Shown here: in pieces, positions 13,146 through 24,341 of the stretch
How positions within the stretch are numbered: the stretch's first letter is position 1
Layout of the letters: the number at the start of each line of letters is the position of its first letter
Assembly: GCA_964016885.1 (NCBI GenBank)
Contig: OZ024742.1
Location: 286,440,001-286,504,000 of the forward strand
DNA from: Eledone cirrhosa
Taxonomy: Eukaryota
Length of the DNA stretch: 64,000 nucleotides
Direction: 5' to 3'
Notes under the pieces: generated by a model
Told to the model about the DNA's origin: nothing
The model's database searches: none
The model's input: only the letters and a program-made list of their open reading frames with translations
Position numbers and translations under genes: made by a program

Positions 13146-14870
13146 ATGGGTGAAAACCCCAAAAGTAACAATTACACAAACAAGAACAACAATGACAATA
13201 ACAACACAACCAACAACAGCAACAATGACAATAACAACACAACCAACAACAGTAATAATGACAACACCAACAAAGGAAAAAAGCAAGCCAACACGAATAA
13301 CAACAACAACAATGATAACAACACGAAAGAAAACGGACCCACAGCTGCAGTCTCCTTCACACAGGCAGTCCGAGAAACGCAGACATACAAGGCACTGGAC
13401 ATCTCGAATGCCAAGAAATTGCTGAAAGAAGCAAGGAATTGTGTAAGTTTCGGGGAAGGTGGGGAATTCACAATTACCTCCCCTGAAGAAATTAGAAGGG
13501 ACACAGTCCTCAGGACTGTAATTTTCAGGACAGTTTCAAACACGACTAGGAAACCGGCTCAATTGTCCCAAAGCGAAATTGAACTGGTCCTAAGTAGTGC
13601 CTGGAAGGATATCGCTTTCATACAGAAAGGGAAACTGTATGGAAGCATATCTATTTTAATGCAAGATGAATTGGCGGCACGGAAATATTCTGTGTCGCCA
13701 ATTGTATCCAAAGCATACACCTTTTTCCCCACATATTTGGGGAAAAGGACTCAAAAGATAAGAATCTCGGCCATCAGACCAAATGCGAGCATTTGGTGGG
13801 TGCCAACGGGATTCTTAGAAGATGAGGACACAATCCTTTCGATAGGCGAATCCACCGGGGGCGTATTTGGCGGCAATAGCCTTGAAGTTCTGGTCCAAAT
13901 GAGACCAGAACGGATAGCAAGAATACCGCAGCGTGTGTCCCTGGATAGATTCGTCTTCATAAACATTTCTGTTAAGGGCAGGCGGCCTTCATGCTACCAC
14001 TGTTAAAGAAGTGGTCACCTGAGGGCTTCCTGTCCCCTTTTAAATCCTCTCCCTAAAAAAGAAAGACGCTTCTGCCCACCCCACACACAACAACACAACC
14101 ACCAACACCACCACCACCACAACAACAACAACAACACGAAAAAATAACAACACGAAAAATAACAACACAAGACACTGTCCCACTCAACCCCTCCCCACCT
14201 AAAACAAATACAAAAGCAACCACAACAAAACTCCAAAATATACCCCCCAACAACAACACGGACGAGGACCCCTTATCCCAGTGACGACGAGGGAGAACCC
14301 TTTCAACCTGTAAAAAGAAAGAAAAGAAGGCACCACATTAACAAAAGTGCAACAAACACACAACCACCAGCACAAACAGAACAAACATCGCAAACAAAAA
14401 AACCCACCCCTCCCGAAAACATAACAAATACTACAAAACGCAAATACACACAAGAACAACAAACAAAAACAAACACAACACAACAAAAACAGTATACATA
14501 CATCAACAGAAACAACAAAACACTTGTGCCAACAATAGACAAAGACTCTTCGGTGGAAACGGAAGTGAAAATGTTCACCAACGCGGCGACTAAACCGCAT
14601 TTAAAAATGATTAGGGTCCCAAGGGACACCTACGCAATGCTCAAACAGAACTTTCCCGAGGACGTGGGGAACACCTGTACTAGACCTAGCAACCGCGTCC
14701 TCTTGAAATGTTTCCCCACCACCACCCCAGACACCACTCCCCCACCAAACACCCCCATTCTACCACACACTGATGTCCCCACCACATCCCAAACCACCAC
14801 CCCACCAAACAACCCCGCCGACACCCCCATGGAAATTGTGCAGCCAGGTCCTCAGGAGAAGGACAGGTAG
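13146..14870 (+). pseudogene. Tx1 ORF1 (Gag-like, zinc knuckle), disrupted
   Basis: RRPSCYHC*RSGHLRASC with a stop at 14004-14006, then frameshifts; homologous to ORF1 of copies 2 and 3. Confidence 0.8.
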
Positions 14871-14913
14871 GTGTTTTTTCCTTTTTCTCCACTCTAAACT
14901 CTTCACCACAAAC

Positions 14914-17900
14914 ATGGCTGTTATAAGAGTTGGATGTTTAAATGTGCGCGGCCTAGGGATGTCCTGGAAGCAGGGCGAACTCTTAAATGACCTCAGGTCG
15001 CACAGAATCGATGTGATAGCTATTTGCGAGTCCAGGATCAGCAGCGAGCACCAACTGGCGCCCATCTTCGACGACTTTGAGATCTATGCATCTCTCTGAC
15101 AGCCGGGGCGTGGGGGCGGGGTGGTCGTTCTGCTGCGAAAACATCTGGGCCTCGCAACACGGAAGGTACACCTGGACCCGGAAGGTCGACTGGTGGTTCT
15201 AGCCGTAGGCAGTAGTGAAGGTGGAGCCTTCATGTTGGTGGCAGCGTATGCCCCATCTGGGTCACCGCTACCGAACTTCTTCCAGCGCCTAGAGACGTTT
15301 CTGGGAACGTCTCGCTCCGTGATTTTAGTGGGGGACTGGAATGGTATCCTGGATGCACGTTGGGACTATGTAGGGGCATGTCCCGATAGAGCGGTTAATC
15401 GGCCGATTTGATCTGGCCGATAGATATCGACTAGATTTTCCGACTGTGCCACTGTGGACGTGGACTAATCACAGCGGAACATCTAGGTCGTACCTAGATA
15501 GGTTCCTAGTTAGAAATAAGTATAGGGACATATTAAGCTGTCCACGAATGTTCATGGTTGACTATTCGGATCACAAGTTGGTGACCGGAGTCGTTAACCT
15601 TGATAGAACCCATAGACAAGGACCCGGTTACTGGAAGCTAAACTTGTCCTTACCGACAAACAAAGCTTACAGTAAGAGGAATAACACTCTAGTTAAGCAG
15701 CGGTTGACGGGGGAAATTATCAACAGCAGGTGGTGGGGCTCTCGAGAGAGATAAATTAGAATAGAATCGATAGGTTTTAGTCAAGAATTAGCATCAGATA
15801 GGAATAGAACTGAAAGGGAATTGATAGATAGAGTAGAAGAGGCGATTAGGAGGGGCAACGTGGCCGGCGTGATGGCGTCAAGAACGGCCCTAGATCAGTT
15901 CTTTGACGCGAAGCACGAGGGCTGCGTTGTCAGGAGTAAAATACGTGCTCTGGGTAACGAGGGAGCCAAAGCTGTTAGCTGGGCCCGAGTGACGGAGGCA
16001 AAATGTGGAAACAAGTCTACGATTCGGTCTTTGAAGGACCAGGATGGACGCGTGATCCTTGAACCTGAGCGGATGTGCGCAGCCTTTCAACGGCGCTTTG
16101 CACGACTTTCGGGAGGGTCGGCGGGCTGGGTGGAGCCATGGATTTCGGTCCATACTTCGACGATCTGCCGCGGCGCTCAGACGGGGAAGCGACGTCCTGC
16201 GAAAGGCCGATTTCAGCCGCTGAAATAGGGGAAGCGCTGAGCCAATACGGCAAACGCAAATCTCCTGGTCTCGATGGTCTACCATACAAACTTTATGTAG
16301 CGACGGCAGGCTTCAGACCCGTTTTCAGGGCCTGGATTGCTGCAATGCACAGCAGCAACACCTGCTCGAGGGTCAAGGTGAACGGCTACCTCTTGGAGTC
16401 TTTCCAAATCGCGCGATTCATCCGACAGGGATGCCCTCTCTCCTCCCTTCTGTATGTGCTGGCTTTCGAGCCACTACTACGGAAGTTGGAGCTGTTGCAG
16501 GGAATCCCCTTGGAACTGGAATTGCGGAAAGCGGTGTCGGCCTACGCCGATGACGTGACAGTAATGGTGTCGTGCGCCTCAGAAATCGGGCAGATCGGCA
16601 CCTTACTGGAGGAATACGAAAGGTTTACAGGAGCCAAGCTGAACCGGAACAAATCCGTCGGTTTGCAACTCGGAACGTGGAGAGGAAAACCGATGCCCTC
16701 CGACGGCGTCGTCGGAAGCTGGACGGAGGGACCGGTGAAGCTGCTCGGGGTCTGGTTGGGGCCGGACCTCCAGGTAGAGAAAAACTAAGTAACGGGCAGG
16801 GTGTTTGCACTCTCCCAGAAGTGGGCCTAGTGCAAACTATCCCTGAAAGGTCGAGCGGAGGTGGCGAACACTTATATAGCGTCCGTCATCTACTACCGCT
16901 TGACCGTCGTGCCTTGCCCAGCGAAAACGCTCGCCAAAATGGAGTGAGCGCTCTTCCGATTCCTTGGAAGAAGCAGGCCCCTTTGGTGAGAAGATCCATC
17001 TGCTTTCAACACCCTTCGAACGGAGGGCTGGGGCTGCCGTGGCTGACGATGCGTAGACACGCATTAAGGCTACGGCACCTCCATGTCTTCCTCGCCGGTC
17101 AGCCGGTATGGGCCCCTTTTGTGAGGCGAGCCTTTCCGGGACTCGGCTCACTCACCGAGCTGCAATCCTGGGTCAAGCAAAGACCGAGAAAAGTGGGCGA
17201 CTGGCACATTGAATGTGCCCAGGCGCTCACGGCCCTCTGGCAAGGGGATCCGGCAATCAGTGGAGAATCAACCTCAACATTCTATAGAGAGTTGGTGCGC
17301 AGTAAGTGCGACGACGCTCTCGGGGAGGCTCTGGGCATGGAGGAAGACGAGCTAGCCAGTCTATTCGGTAGGACGTTTGGCCCGGGACCGATGGACAACT
17401 TCCAAATGTCCCTGGATTGGCAGTGCTAGCGAGGAGCTCTACCTGTTCGGGACAAGCTCTACAGACACGGGCGCCCGGGTAGGGACCCCTACAAGAAGAT
17501 CTGTCCGAGATGCGTGCATGACGAGGAAACCGTCGCGCACGTATTCGTACACTGCCCGGGCGTTGCTGACCTGTGGGGCTATGTGGAACGACTACTGTCG
17601 TGGGTGGGACCAATCCGGTTGACCACCAAGTACATTGTCACGATCAAACCGCCTCCCCTCTTCAAAAACGAAGGAGAGGCGGCTTTCCTCTGTGTGATAG
17701 CTATGGCGAAAGAGGTTGTATGCTGGACGAGGTTGAAAGGGCTGAGGTCAGACACCTTTCTCTCCGGCCAAGAACTGGTTTTTTTTTCAAGTACCATTTT
17801 AGAAGAAGGATCAGAATGGAGAGAGAGGTGCTCTACTCCAGCAAGTTTTATGAAAGGTGGGTGAAAGTGGCGAGAATGGCCCGAGTTAATGGGCCTTCTC

Positions 17901-17917
17901 TCTACATCAGCCTGTAG
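14914..17917 (+). pseudogene. Tx1 ORF2 (APE-RT), multiple stops/frameshifts and internal deletion
   Basis: LNVRGL, VGDWNG, RSYLDRF, SDHK (APE); RQGCPLS, AYADD (RT); N-terminal RT motifs deleted near 16300. Confidence 0.9.
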
Positions 17918-18402
17918 GTGAGAGAAGAGAAGAAGGAGGAGAGGAAGGGACCACCCGCTCTTTATGCTCCTGAGGAGGAGGGTTGCACATTTCTTTTCGG
18001 GGGTGTGTGCGCTCCCTATTGGGGACTTCGATTGTTGAATTTGATTTATTATATGTTTTTACAAACCTTTGACATGTATGTAACCCCCCCCCCCCCCCTT
18101 GTATTTGTCCCAATCTTTGATGCCCTGGTGGCAAATAAATAGAGAGTTATCTATCTATCTATCTAGCTATCTAGCTAGATAGATATATTTCTTTATTTAC
18201 CATAAAGGCATAAAAAGAAGGGACAAATACAAAGGGGGAGTTTACATACAATCGAGTAAAAAGGGTATAAAATGAAAATAATCGAAAACAACCTCAAAAG
18301 GGAGGGGACGTGATGGGGGTTGCACACACACCCGAAAAAGTGTGCAATCCTTTGCCCGGGGAGCACATGGAGAAGGTGCTCCCCTCTCCTTCACTTCTTT
18401 AC

Positions 18403-20682
18403 CTACAGGATGGTATACAGAGAAGGCCCATTTACACGAGCCATTCTCGCCACTATCACCCACCTTTCATAAAACTGCCTGTGGCCAAGCACCTCTCTCT
18501 CCATTCTTATCCTTCTTCCGAAGTGATATCGGAAGAAGTAGACCAGACTATGGCCAGAGAGGAAGTTGCCTGACCTCAGACCTTTCAATCGTGTCCACCA
18601 AACAACCTCTTTCAACATGGCTATTACGCACAGAAAAACCGCCTTTGCTTCCTTTGTGAAGAGGGGAGGCGGTTTGATTGTCATCACGGACTCGGCAGTC
18701 AATTGAATCGGCGCCACCCGCGACAGCAGTCGTTCGGCGTAGCCCCACAGATCAGCCACGCCCGGACATTGCACCAATGCGTGCGCAACGGTTTCTTCGT
18801 GACGCACGCATCTAGGGCAAATCTTTTTCGAGGGATCCCTGCCCGGGCGCCCGTGTCTGTAGAGCCTCTCTCGAACGGGTAGAGCCCCTCGGTAGCACTG
18901 CCAGGCCAGTGACTTCTGGAAGTTGTCCATTGGTCCTGGGCCGAAAGTCCTACCGAACAGGCTGGCCAGTTCGTCTTCTTCCATGTCCAGCGACTCTCCA
19001 AGGGTGTCATCGCCCCTGCTAGCCACCAGCCCTCTATAGAATGATGAGGTGGATTCTCCACCGATGGCCTGGCCCGCTTGCCAGAGAGCCCTGAGCGCCT
19101 GAGCACACTCAGTGTGCCAGTCTCCCAGTTTTCCGGATCTTTGCTTGACCCAGGACTGTAGCTCGGTGAGCGAGACGAGTCTCGGAAAGGCTCGTTTCAC
19201 GAACGGAGCCCACACCAGTTGAGCAGTGAGGAATACCTGTAGGTGCCGTAGCCTTAATGCGTGCCTACGCATCATCAACCACGGCATCCCCAGCCCTTCT
19301 TTCGAAGGTTGTTGGCAGCAGATGGATCTTCTCACCATAGGAGGGCGCTTCTTCCAAAGAAATTGGAAGAGCATGTGTTCCATGGTGGTGAGTGTTTCCT
19401 TAGGGCAAGGCACGACAGTCAGGCGGTAGTAAGTGACGGACGCTATGTAAATGTTCGCCACCTCCGCCCGGCCTTTTAGGGACAGCTTACACTTGGCCCA
19501 TTTCTGGGTTAGTGCAAACACCTTGTTCGTAACCTCGTTCCAGTTCTTTTCCACCTGGAGGTCCGGTCCAAACCAGACCCCAAGCAACTTTACCGGGCCC
19601 TCCGTCCAGTGTCCGACGACACCGTCGGGAGGCATCGGTCTGCCTCTCCACGTTCCGAGTTGCAGCCCGATGGATTTTTCCCGGTTCAGTTTCGCTCCTG
19701 ACAACCTTTCGTAATCCTCCAGTAAGGTACCGATCGCCTCGATCTCCGAGTCGGTCGATACCATTACTGTTACGTCATCAGCGTAGGCCGACACCTCTTT
19801 GCTCAATCCTGGTTCCAGGGGGATACCCTGCAACAACTCCAACTTCCTCAGTAAAGGCTCGAGAGTCAATACGTACAGAAGGGAGGAGAGAGGGCACCCC
19901 TGTCGAATGGATCGTGTGATTTCGAACGGCTTCGAAAGGTAGCCGTTCACCTTGATCCTAGAACAGATGTGGTTGCTATGTAAGGCAGTGATCCAGCCTC
20001 TGAAAATAGGACCGAACCCAGCCGCCGCTAGCACCGCATCCAGGTAACCATGGTCGACCCTATCGAACGCCTTAGACTGATCCAAGTTGATCAGGGCCCC
20101 ACCGAAGCCGGGTTTGTTGCCAACCCTCTCTATGATGTATCGCATGAGGTGGAGGTTATCGTGAATGGACCTGGATGGGATAGCACATGTCTGCGCATCT
20201 CCCACCAGGCCACCCACGACAAGCGCCAACCTCTTTGCTAACACCTTGGCCAAAATCTTTAACTCTGTGTTTAGCAGGGTTATGGGCCGAAAATTATTTA
20301 TACTATCTCCCTTGTTCTCGTCCTTCCTCACCAGCGAGACTACGCCCTTGGCTACAGAACAAGTAATTCTCCCGTTCTGCTGCCAATTGCAGTAGACCGC
20401 TTCGAGGAGTTCGAAGAAGAAGACCGGCATTGCTAAATAAAGTTCGTAAGGTATACCATCGAGACCTGGAGATTTGCGTCTGCTGCATTGGCTCAGCGCA
20501 TCTCCGTTCTCATCAGCCGAGATTGGTCCCTCGCAGGACTCTGCCTCTTCGCTCGAGAGACGCGGTAGGCCGTCGAGGTATGGACCGAAATCCACGTCCC
20601 CGCCCGGACCCTCGCCTCCCCCGAACAATCGGGCAAAGTGCCTTTGAAAGGCCTCGCACATCTGCTTAGGCTCCCGGATCAC
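18403..20682 (-). CDS. Tx1 ORF2 reverse transcriptase and C-terminal zinc-binding region
   Basis: KSPGLDG, FRPITLLN, LDQSKAFDRV, RQGCPLS, AYADD, CPRC..ETVAHAL..C; in frame with 20692-21840 across a single TAA. Confidence 0.9.
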   Translation of the reverse strand: MIREPKQMCEAFQRHFARLFGGGEGPGGDVDFGPYLDGLPRLSSEEAESCEGPISADENGDALSQCSRRKSPGLDGIPYELYLAMPVFFFELLEAVYCNWQQNGRITCSVAKGVVSLVRKDENKGDSINNFRPITLLNTELKILAKVLAKRLALVVGGLVGDAQTCAIPSRSIHDNLHLMRYIIERVGNKPGFGGALINLDQSKAFDRVDHGYLDAVLAAAGFGPIFRGWITALHSNHICSRIKVNGYLSKPFEITRSIRQGCPLSSLLYVLTLEPLLRKLELLQGIPLEPGLSKEVSAYADDVTVMVSTDSEIEAIGTLLEDYERLSGAKLNREKSIGLQLGTWRGRPMPPDGVVGHWTEGPVKLLGVWFGPDLQVEKNWNEVTNKVFALTQKWAKCKLSLKGRAEVANIYIASVTYYRLTVVPCPKETLTTMEHMLFQFLWKKRPPMVRRSICCQQPSKEGLGMPWLMMRRHALRLRHLQVFLTAQLVWAPFVKRAFPRLVSLTELQSWVKQRSGKLGDWHTECAQALRALWQAGQAIGGESTSSFYRGLVASRGDDTLGESLDMEEDELASLFGRTFGPGPMDNFQKSLAWQCYRGALPVRERLYRHGRPGRDPSKKICPRCVRHEETVAHALVQCPGVADLWGYAERLLSRVAPIQLTAESVMTIKPPPLFTKEAKAVFLCVIAMLKEVVWWTRLKGLRSGNFLSGHSLVYFFRYHFGRRIRMEREVLGHRQFYERWVIVARMARVNGPSLYTIL

Positions 20683-20691
20683 CCGTCCATC

Positions 20692-21840
20692 TTAGTCTTG
20701 CAACGACCGGATGGTGGATCGATTTCCACTCTTAGCTTCTGTCACGCGGGCCCAGCCAACGGCTTTGGCCCCCTCATTACCTAGAGCACGTATTTTACTT
20801 CGAATGACGCAGCCTTCGTGCTTTGCATCGAAAAACTGGTTCAAGGCCGTCCTCGATGCCAGCACTCTGGCCATATCTTCGCTCTTGATTGCCTCTTCTA
20901 ATTTACCTGTTAATTCTTTCTCGTTTCTATTCCTATCGGCAGCTAACATCTTGCTATAACTTATTGATTCTGTTTTAATCTCTCTTTTGAGAGATGCCCA
21001 CCATCGGTTGTTGACGATTGCACCCGTCAACCTCTCCTTAACTAATCTGCTAATCCCGTTTCTGTAAGTCTCTTTTGCCGGTAAAGACAAATTAAGTTTC
21101 CAGTAACCGGGACCCTGTTTATGTGTTTTCTCGAGATTGACTACGCAGGTCACTAATTTGTGATCCGTGTAGCCAACCGTGCGCATTTCTGGACAGCTTA
21201 ATATGTCCCTATCCTTACTTCTAACTAAGAATCTATCTAAGTACGATCTAGATTGACCACTGTGGTTTCTCCAAGTCCAGGTAGGCACAGTTGGAAAATC
21301 TAGTCGATATCTATCGACCAAGTTAAAACGGTCGAGTAACCTCTTGAGGCTGTTACACCCACCTCTATTAGGACATGCTCCTGCATAGTCCCAACGTGCA
21401 TCCAGGATGTCATTCCAATCCCCCGCTAGAAGCAGGGAACGCGACGTTCCCAGAAAAGTCTCTAAACGCTGGAAGAAGTCGGGCCGTTCAGCTCCGAAAG
21501 GGGAGTAGACGGCGACCAGTCTTAAGGCCGCACCTTCACTACTACCAACGTCTAGCACCAACAAACGACCCTCCGGGTCCGAGTGCACAACCTGTACGGC
21601 AAGACCCAGGTGTTTTTGCAACAGTACGACAACCCCACCCCCACCTCCAGGTTGACAGAGAGATGCATGCACCTCAAAGTCATCGAAGGTAGGGGCCAGC
21701 TGCCGCACGACGCTGATCCGAGTCTCACAGATAACCATTACATTTATACCACATGACCTGAGGTCATTTAGAAGCTTTGCTTGCTTCCAAGCTGAGCCCA
21801 GGCCACGTGCATTTAAGCATCCTACTCTTAACACATCCAT
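20692..21840 (-). CDS. Tx1 ORF2 N-terminal AP-like endonuclease
   Basis: LNARGL, ICETR, AGDWND, RSYLDRF, TDHK, GPGYWKLN. Confidence 0.9.
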   Translation of the reverse strand: MDVLRVGCLNARGLGSAWKQAKLLNDLRSCGINVMVICETRISVVRQLAPTFDDFEVHASLCQPGGGGGVVVLLQKHLGLAVQVVHSDPEGRLLVLDVGSSEGAALRLVAVYSPFGAERPDFFQRLETFLGTSRSLLLAGDWNDILDARWDYAGACPNRGGCNSLKRLLDRFNLVDRYRLDFPTVPTWTWRNHSGQSRSYLDRFLVRSKDRDILSCPEMRTVGYTDHKLVTCVVNLEKTHKQGPGYWKLNLSLPAKETYRNGISRLVKERLTGAIVNNRWWASLKREIKTESISYSKMLAADRNRNEKELTGKLEEAIKSEDMARVLASRTALNQFFDAKHEGCVIRSKIRALGNEGAKAVGWARVTEAKSGNRSTIRSLQD

Positions 21841-21873
21841 GTGGGCGGCAGAGCCAAAGGAGAGTGTAGAGAC

Positions 21874-23935
21874 CTACCTTTCCGCTTCCCGGGGTTCGGG
21901 TCGCACGACTTCCATGGGGTCGGGGGTGTTGGGTGAAGGGGTGTCTTGTGGTGGTGTGGGGTCGTCAGTGTGTGGTGCAGTTGGGGTGTTTGGAGTTGTG
22001 TTGGGGAGGGGAAGGGGAGGGGGAAAGCTTTTTAGTAGGACGCGGTTTATGGGTTTGACAGAGGGTGGTCCTACGTCCTCCTTAAAATCCTTTTTTAGTT
22101 TTTGGTAGAGGTTCATTGGGATCTTTATTAATTTTAAATGTGGGTAGTTTTCTGAAGAAACAAAGTTTACACCTTCGGTTTGTACCGAAGGATTATTGTA
22201 TATGAGTTCATTTAATTTATTATTGTTTCTGTTGATGTAAGTATAGTGTAATGTCTTTTTTTCGGATGGTGTGAGTGTTTCGAAGAGGGGAGGGCAGGTT
22301 TGGTTTTGTTTGTTGCTGGAGGGGTGTTTTCTGTTTTGTTGGATTGTGTTGACATTTGGGTAGGGGCTGTTTGGCCTTGTGTGTTTTGCACATGTTTTCT
22401 TTTTTTCCTTTTAATCTGTCTGAAGGACTCTGTTTCTTCCTCCGAATTCGTTGGGTTATCTTCAGTGTTGGAGGGAAGAGGTATGTATGCTGGTAATGTT
22501 TCCGTGTTGGTTTTCTTTGTGGGGGAGATGGATGTCACTATGTTAGACTGTGTTGTGTGTTGTGGCTGCGGTGGTTGTGTTGTTTTATTGAGTGAGGGGT
22601 TGGGTGGGCCTGTATTTTGTTTTTGGGTAATGTGTTGTGTCTGTTTGTGTTGTGGTGGTGGTGTAGTTTTACTGAGGGACGGGTTGGGTGGAACTGAGTT
22701 TTGTTGTTTGTTTATCTGTTGTGGTGGTGGTGGAGCTGGTGTTGGTAGCAGAGTTTTCTTCTTGTTGAGTTGGGGACAAGCCGCCTTCAGGTGCCCTCTG
22801 CCTGCACAGATATGACAGGACGGCCTTCTCCCCTCCACGCTAATGTTTATATACCCGTGGCCCTCTAATAGGATTCTGCCGGGTATTTGGGCAATGTGTT
22901 CAGGCTTCATTTGCACTACAAGTTCTATACCTGTTCCACTGAACGCATTGCCTGTGGTTTTCCCAATGGAAATCACGTTGTCATTCACTGGATCGATGAA
23001 GCCAGCTATGAGCCAGCTATGAGCCAGCAGTAGTCCACATCTGGCATCATTGCATTCAGCCATATGCGTTGAGTTCTTTTACCCATATAAGATGGATAAA
23101 AGGTAAAATTTTTCGAACGAATCGGTGACAAAGCACATTTTTTTGCCGCCGATTCGTTCTTCATGATAATTGCTAGGCTTCCATACAGTCTGTCTCTTCT
23201 TATGAAAGTGGTTTCATTAAGTACTTCTGTGAGTACTGTTTTGATATTTGCTTGAGAAGGCTGTTCAGGTTTTTTTGAAGTGTTGTTGATTGTGCGGAAC
23301 ACGACCGTTCGACTTTCAATGTCTTTGGTGAGTTCTTGAGGCATTTTTACCGATAAAATACCATTCTCTCCTTCACTTATGTATTGTTTGGCGTCTGTGA
23401 TTCTTCGTGCCACATCTGAAATATTTTCGGGTACATATATCAAAGATTTCTTTGTTGTTTGTGCAAACGAAATCTTGACTCTGTCGTCTGCTTTGCTTTC
23501 TGTTATGGTGTTATTTTCAAATGTTATTTTTGTGTTTCTTGTGTCTTTGTTTGTGGTGTTAGTATTGTCATGCAATATTTCAAATTTTTTTTTTTCGTTG
23601 TTGGAATCCATGTCCAGATTTGTGTTTTCATCATTTTTCTCCGCAGATTCGTCTGTTTTTATTTTAATTTTTCCTTCCTTCTCTATGGCGTTAGTTGGGA
23701 AGGAAGGGGGGGGGACTAAAGCGTGCGAGCTTACAACTCTTACCGCTGTCCCCCCACCACTATTTTGGTTCGTTTCGTTCAACATTTCTGTCAGACGATT
23801 GAAATTTTTTGCCACAAAATTTTTTAAAACAGGTTTTTCACCTCTAGGAGGGGTAAAGATGAGCTGACCCACCGTCTGACAGTTCAGACGGGGGGTCAAG
23901 CTACACAATGGTATCAAAATAAAATTTGAACTCAC
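21874..23935 (-). pseudogene. Tx1 ORF1 of copy 2 (one frameshift, one stop)
   Basis: CHICAGRGHLKAAC knuckle; tandem duplication of an 11-bp unit near 23000-23030 shifts frame; TAA at 22212. Confidence 0.8.
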
Positions 23936-24030
23936 AAAATTTCCGTAATAAATTTGAACAAAACTTCTGCGCGAAGTGAATTACATCCACACTGTAGAAC
24001 AGACGACAGCTAGGATGACTTACTAGCTAG

Positions 24031-24031
24031 C

Positions 24032-24062
<31 letters not shown>

Positions 24063-24063
24063 G

Positions 24064-24103
<40 letters not shown>
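24031..24103. repeat. (GATA)n microsatellite between Tx1 copies 2 and 3
   Basis: Direct observation. Confidence 0.95.
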
Positions 24104-24104
<1 letters not shown>

Positions 24105-24341
24105 TTCTTTATTAGCCACAGGGGCACAAAAGAAGGGGACAAATACAAAGGGGGAAGTTTACATACAATAAAAACGTGTAAAATGTTATCACAGATGGAA
24201 TTTAAAAGTTAGTCGATTTTCCCCAATAGAGGGAGACAGTTTATATGGGTAACACATACCCCCGAAAAAAAATGTGCAACCCTCATCTCCAGGAGTACGA
24301 AGAACTTGTACTCCTTTCCTCTCCTCCTCCTTTTCCTCAAC

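Larger units (their letters stand above)
12974..18147 (+). mobile_element. Tx1-like non-LTR retrotransposon copy 1 (decayed, near full length)
   Basis: ORF1 with CCHC knuckle, ORF2 with APE endonuclease, RT and C-terminal CxxC; AATAAA at the 3' end; (TATC)n on both flanks. Confidence 0.92.
18188..24022 (-). mobile_element. Tx1-like non-LTR retrotransposon copy 2 (full length, nearly intact)
   Basis: ORF1 and ORF2, 5' and 3' UTRs; candidate TSD CTAGCTAGATAGATA at 18171-18185 and 24027-24041. Confidence 0.93.
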
